The notes beneath the pieces were generated by a model. It was not told where the DNA came from. It ran no database searches and saw only the letters and a list, made by a program, of their open reading frames with translations. Both the position numbers and the translations under genes were made by a program. Shown here piece by piece: positions 61,610-64,000 of a stretch of 64,000 nucleotides of DNA. The DNA comes from Squalus acanthias (lineage: Eukaryota). Positions within the stretch are counted from its first letter, which is position 1. The number at the start of each line of letters is the position of its first letter. The DNA lies in NCBI GenBank assembly GCA_030390025.1, contig CM059432.1:88538001-88602000 (forward strand), given 5' to 3'.

Positions 61610-63450
61610 TCACCTCCAGCACAATCTGGTTTCGGAGGGCCTTTGCAGCAGGCAGGGATGATCCCTTCGAGTGGTCATCATCCCGAATTGCTGGGGCCTA
61701 CAGCTCCCTTTCCTCGGCAGCACTGGCTCCTCGTCATCGCAGTTGAATTGATGGCCTTCCTTCAGGTCAGAATTGTGCAGAGTGCAGCATGCTATGATAA
61801 TCCTTGTGACCCTTTTGGGTGTGTACTGCAGTTCCCCACTAGATGTGTTCAGACACCGAAATCTGTTCTTCAACATGGTCCTCTCCGCCGCAAGTCTTGC
61901 TGCGTAGGTTTGATTGTATGCGTCCTCTGCCTGCATTCTAGGGTGCCCAGTGGAGTCATGAACCGCCACTGTAGGAGGTGTGCCTTTGCTCTGAGGACAT
62001 TTTTGTTATCACGGAAGAGGTCAATGAATGTAGAACGGTTCAGAATGAACGCATCACAGCAGCTGCCAGCATGCCTAGCATTCACATTCAGGACCTCCTG
62101 ATTAACATTGCAGATAAGCACAACATTCAGTGAATGGAACCCCTTCCTGTTCACGAGTGTCAGTGCAACTTCTTTTGGCACCTTCTGTGGCACTTGTGTG
62201 TCATTTATGGCACCCTGCACCCTGGGGATCCAGCAATGAGGAGTCCCCAGCCCTCCTGCTCCTCCTGGCTTCACATCAAAATTAAAAAATCTAATTTTTT
62301 GGTGGAAGCTGCATGCTAGGCTGCATCTATAGCAATAAAGCTTGACCGGAGCAGGCCTGGCAGCCCAATTTTCAGAGGGGTCCTAAAACCAGTGCTAGGC
62401 CCCATATTAGCATATACAAGAGGACTAACGCCTATTTTAAGTGGTCACCTCGGACACCTGAAAAATGGCTTGACCCAGTATCAGGTCAGAGGTCATTCAT
62501 GCATCCTTGGGAGCAGGACGTTGGCCCTTCACACCGAGGTCCAATTTTACAGGCGAATATATTTAGGGAAGTAAAATTTGTTTACGCTGAAGTTCTGTCA
62601 AAAGAGGATTCTTATTATAGGAACATAGGAACAGGAGTAGGCCATTTAGCCCCTCAAGCCTGCTCCGCCATTCAATCAGATCATGGCTGATCTGTACCTC
62701 AACTCCATTTACCTGCCTTTGCTCTAAATCCTTGATACCCTTACCTAAATTTTTTTTATCTATCTCAGTCTCGAAGGCTTCAATTGACCCAGCATCCACA
62801 GGCTTTTGGTGGATTGAGTTCCAGATTTTTACTACCCTTTGTGTGAAAAACTTCTTCTTGATTTCCCTCCTAAATGGCTTAGCTCTAATTTTAAGATTAT
62901 ATTCCCTCGTTCTTGATTCCTCCATCAGACAAAATAGTTTCTCTGTAACTACCTTATCGAATCCTTTTAAAATGTTAAACACCTTGATTAAATAACCCCT
63001 AAATCCTATAAACTCAAAGGAATACAACCCAAGTTTACGCAACCTGTCCTCATAATTTAACCCTCTAATCCCAGTATTCTGGTGAATCTGCACTACACCT
63101 CCTCTGAGACCAATATATCCTTCCTGAGATGTTGTGTCCAAAACTGAACGCAGTGCTCCAGATGGGGTCTGACCAAGGCTCTATACAATTGACCAAGGTT
63201 CTATACCCAGCACTCTATTTCTTGGATGATATTTCAGCAAGTGACAAGCATAGTATCTTTGGCAGTTCATTGTCATTTGGCAAGTCAAAGTCCAGCATAA
63301 GGCAAAGCTCTCTCACAACACACCTGTTGAATCTTAGCCTACACATACACTGTTCCTCAAACAGGTCTTTTATTTGCACCCTTGCCTGTATATGCATTTT
63401 GAGGGCAATGGTGGATGGGAGCAGTCCCCCTATGGTGCCATCTCACGTGC
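61610..63450 (-). pseudogene. divergent Harbinger transposase pseudogene, interrupted by a CR1 and a probable MITE
   Basis: EEQCMCRLRF..VVRELC (63215-63397), VQGAIND, NRKGFHSLNV, GSCCDAFIL, LKNRFRCL and IIIACCTLHN. Confidence 0.8.
62615..63192 (-). mobile_element. CR1 3' fragment
   Basis: LNYEDRLRKLGLYS..FFTQRVVKIWNS plus a (cataggaa)n tail. Confidence 0.9.
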
Positions 63451-63825
63451 CTGGCATTCTTCAGTTCTTCTTCCTCTTCTGACAAATAATAAGTACCGCT
63501 TGATTCCCATAGTGACACCCATTGTTCCAATTTGTAGATGGAGAGCAAAAAATTGGTGACTCAAAACACTTGCCACAAGCCACTTTCAACCACTGAATTG
63601 GCTAAAAGAAATGACGTGGTGAAAAAAACTAACCAAGAACAATATCAAAAATGGATTCAAAAGCAGATAGGCAAAATTATATGGGCAAAATTAAGAAACA
63701 GTGAGAGCAGTTTTCAACTTTGCCACCTGGGCAGTGACCTAGTGGCAAAGATTGCCTTCCCATTGTAGAACCCGTCCAATTTTCATCCCATTAATCTCAT
63801 CTGTTCTAATAAAATCAGACTCAAT

Positions 63826-64000
63826 GGCTGGAATTTTCCAGGGTGGTAGCGGGTGAGATCGGTGGCGGGTCGGGTGGGAAAGTTGTTATTTTTGGGAGCG
63901 GGTCAGGAACCCGCTATCATCCCACTCCCATGCTCCTTTCCCCCAGGCATGTCTGGCAGCGCGGACCCGACCCAACTAGCAGAGGCGGGCGACCCAATTT
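63826..64000. mobile_element. start of a probable Harbinger-type MITE running off the window
   Basis: Begins GGCTGGAATTTT, identical to the reverse complement of the right end of 3374-4230. Confidence 0.45.

Overview
Eukaryotic, not prokaryotic. This is repeat-saturated vertebrate genomic DNA, most likely from a cartilaginous fish (shark), inferred from an HE1-type V-SINE, a SacSINE1/DeuSINE-type SINE and several CR1 families. I found no convincing host protein-coding exon, rRNA, true tRNA gene or CRISPR array. The window is a dense, nested set of transposons. It holds at least six PIF/Harbinger elements plus derivatives and MITEs. One of them (35029-39112) appears fully intact, with 12-bp TIRs, a TAG target duplication, a 386-aa DDE transposase and a 3-exon, 458-aa Myb/SANT partner gene. 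It also holds a near full-length CR1 with an intact esterase ORF1, a single-ORF LINE family whose 5' end is a tRNA-like Pol III head, a decayed Vingi/Ingi-like LINE, Penelope fragments (one with an intact minimal hammerhead ribozyme) and a 1.63-kb solo LTR. Family names come from recalled motifs and were not checked by any database search.
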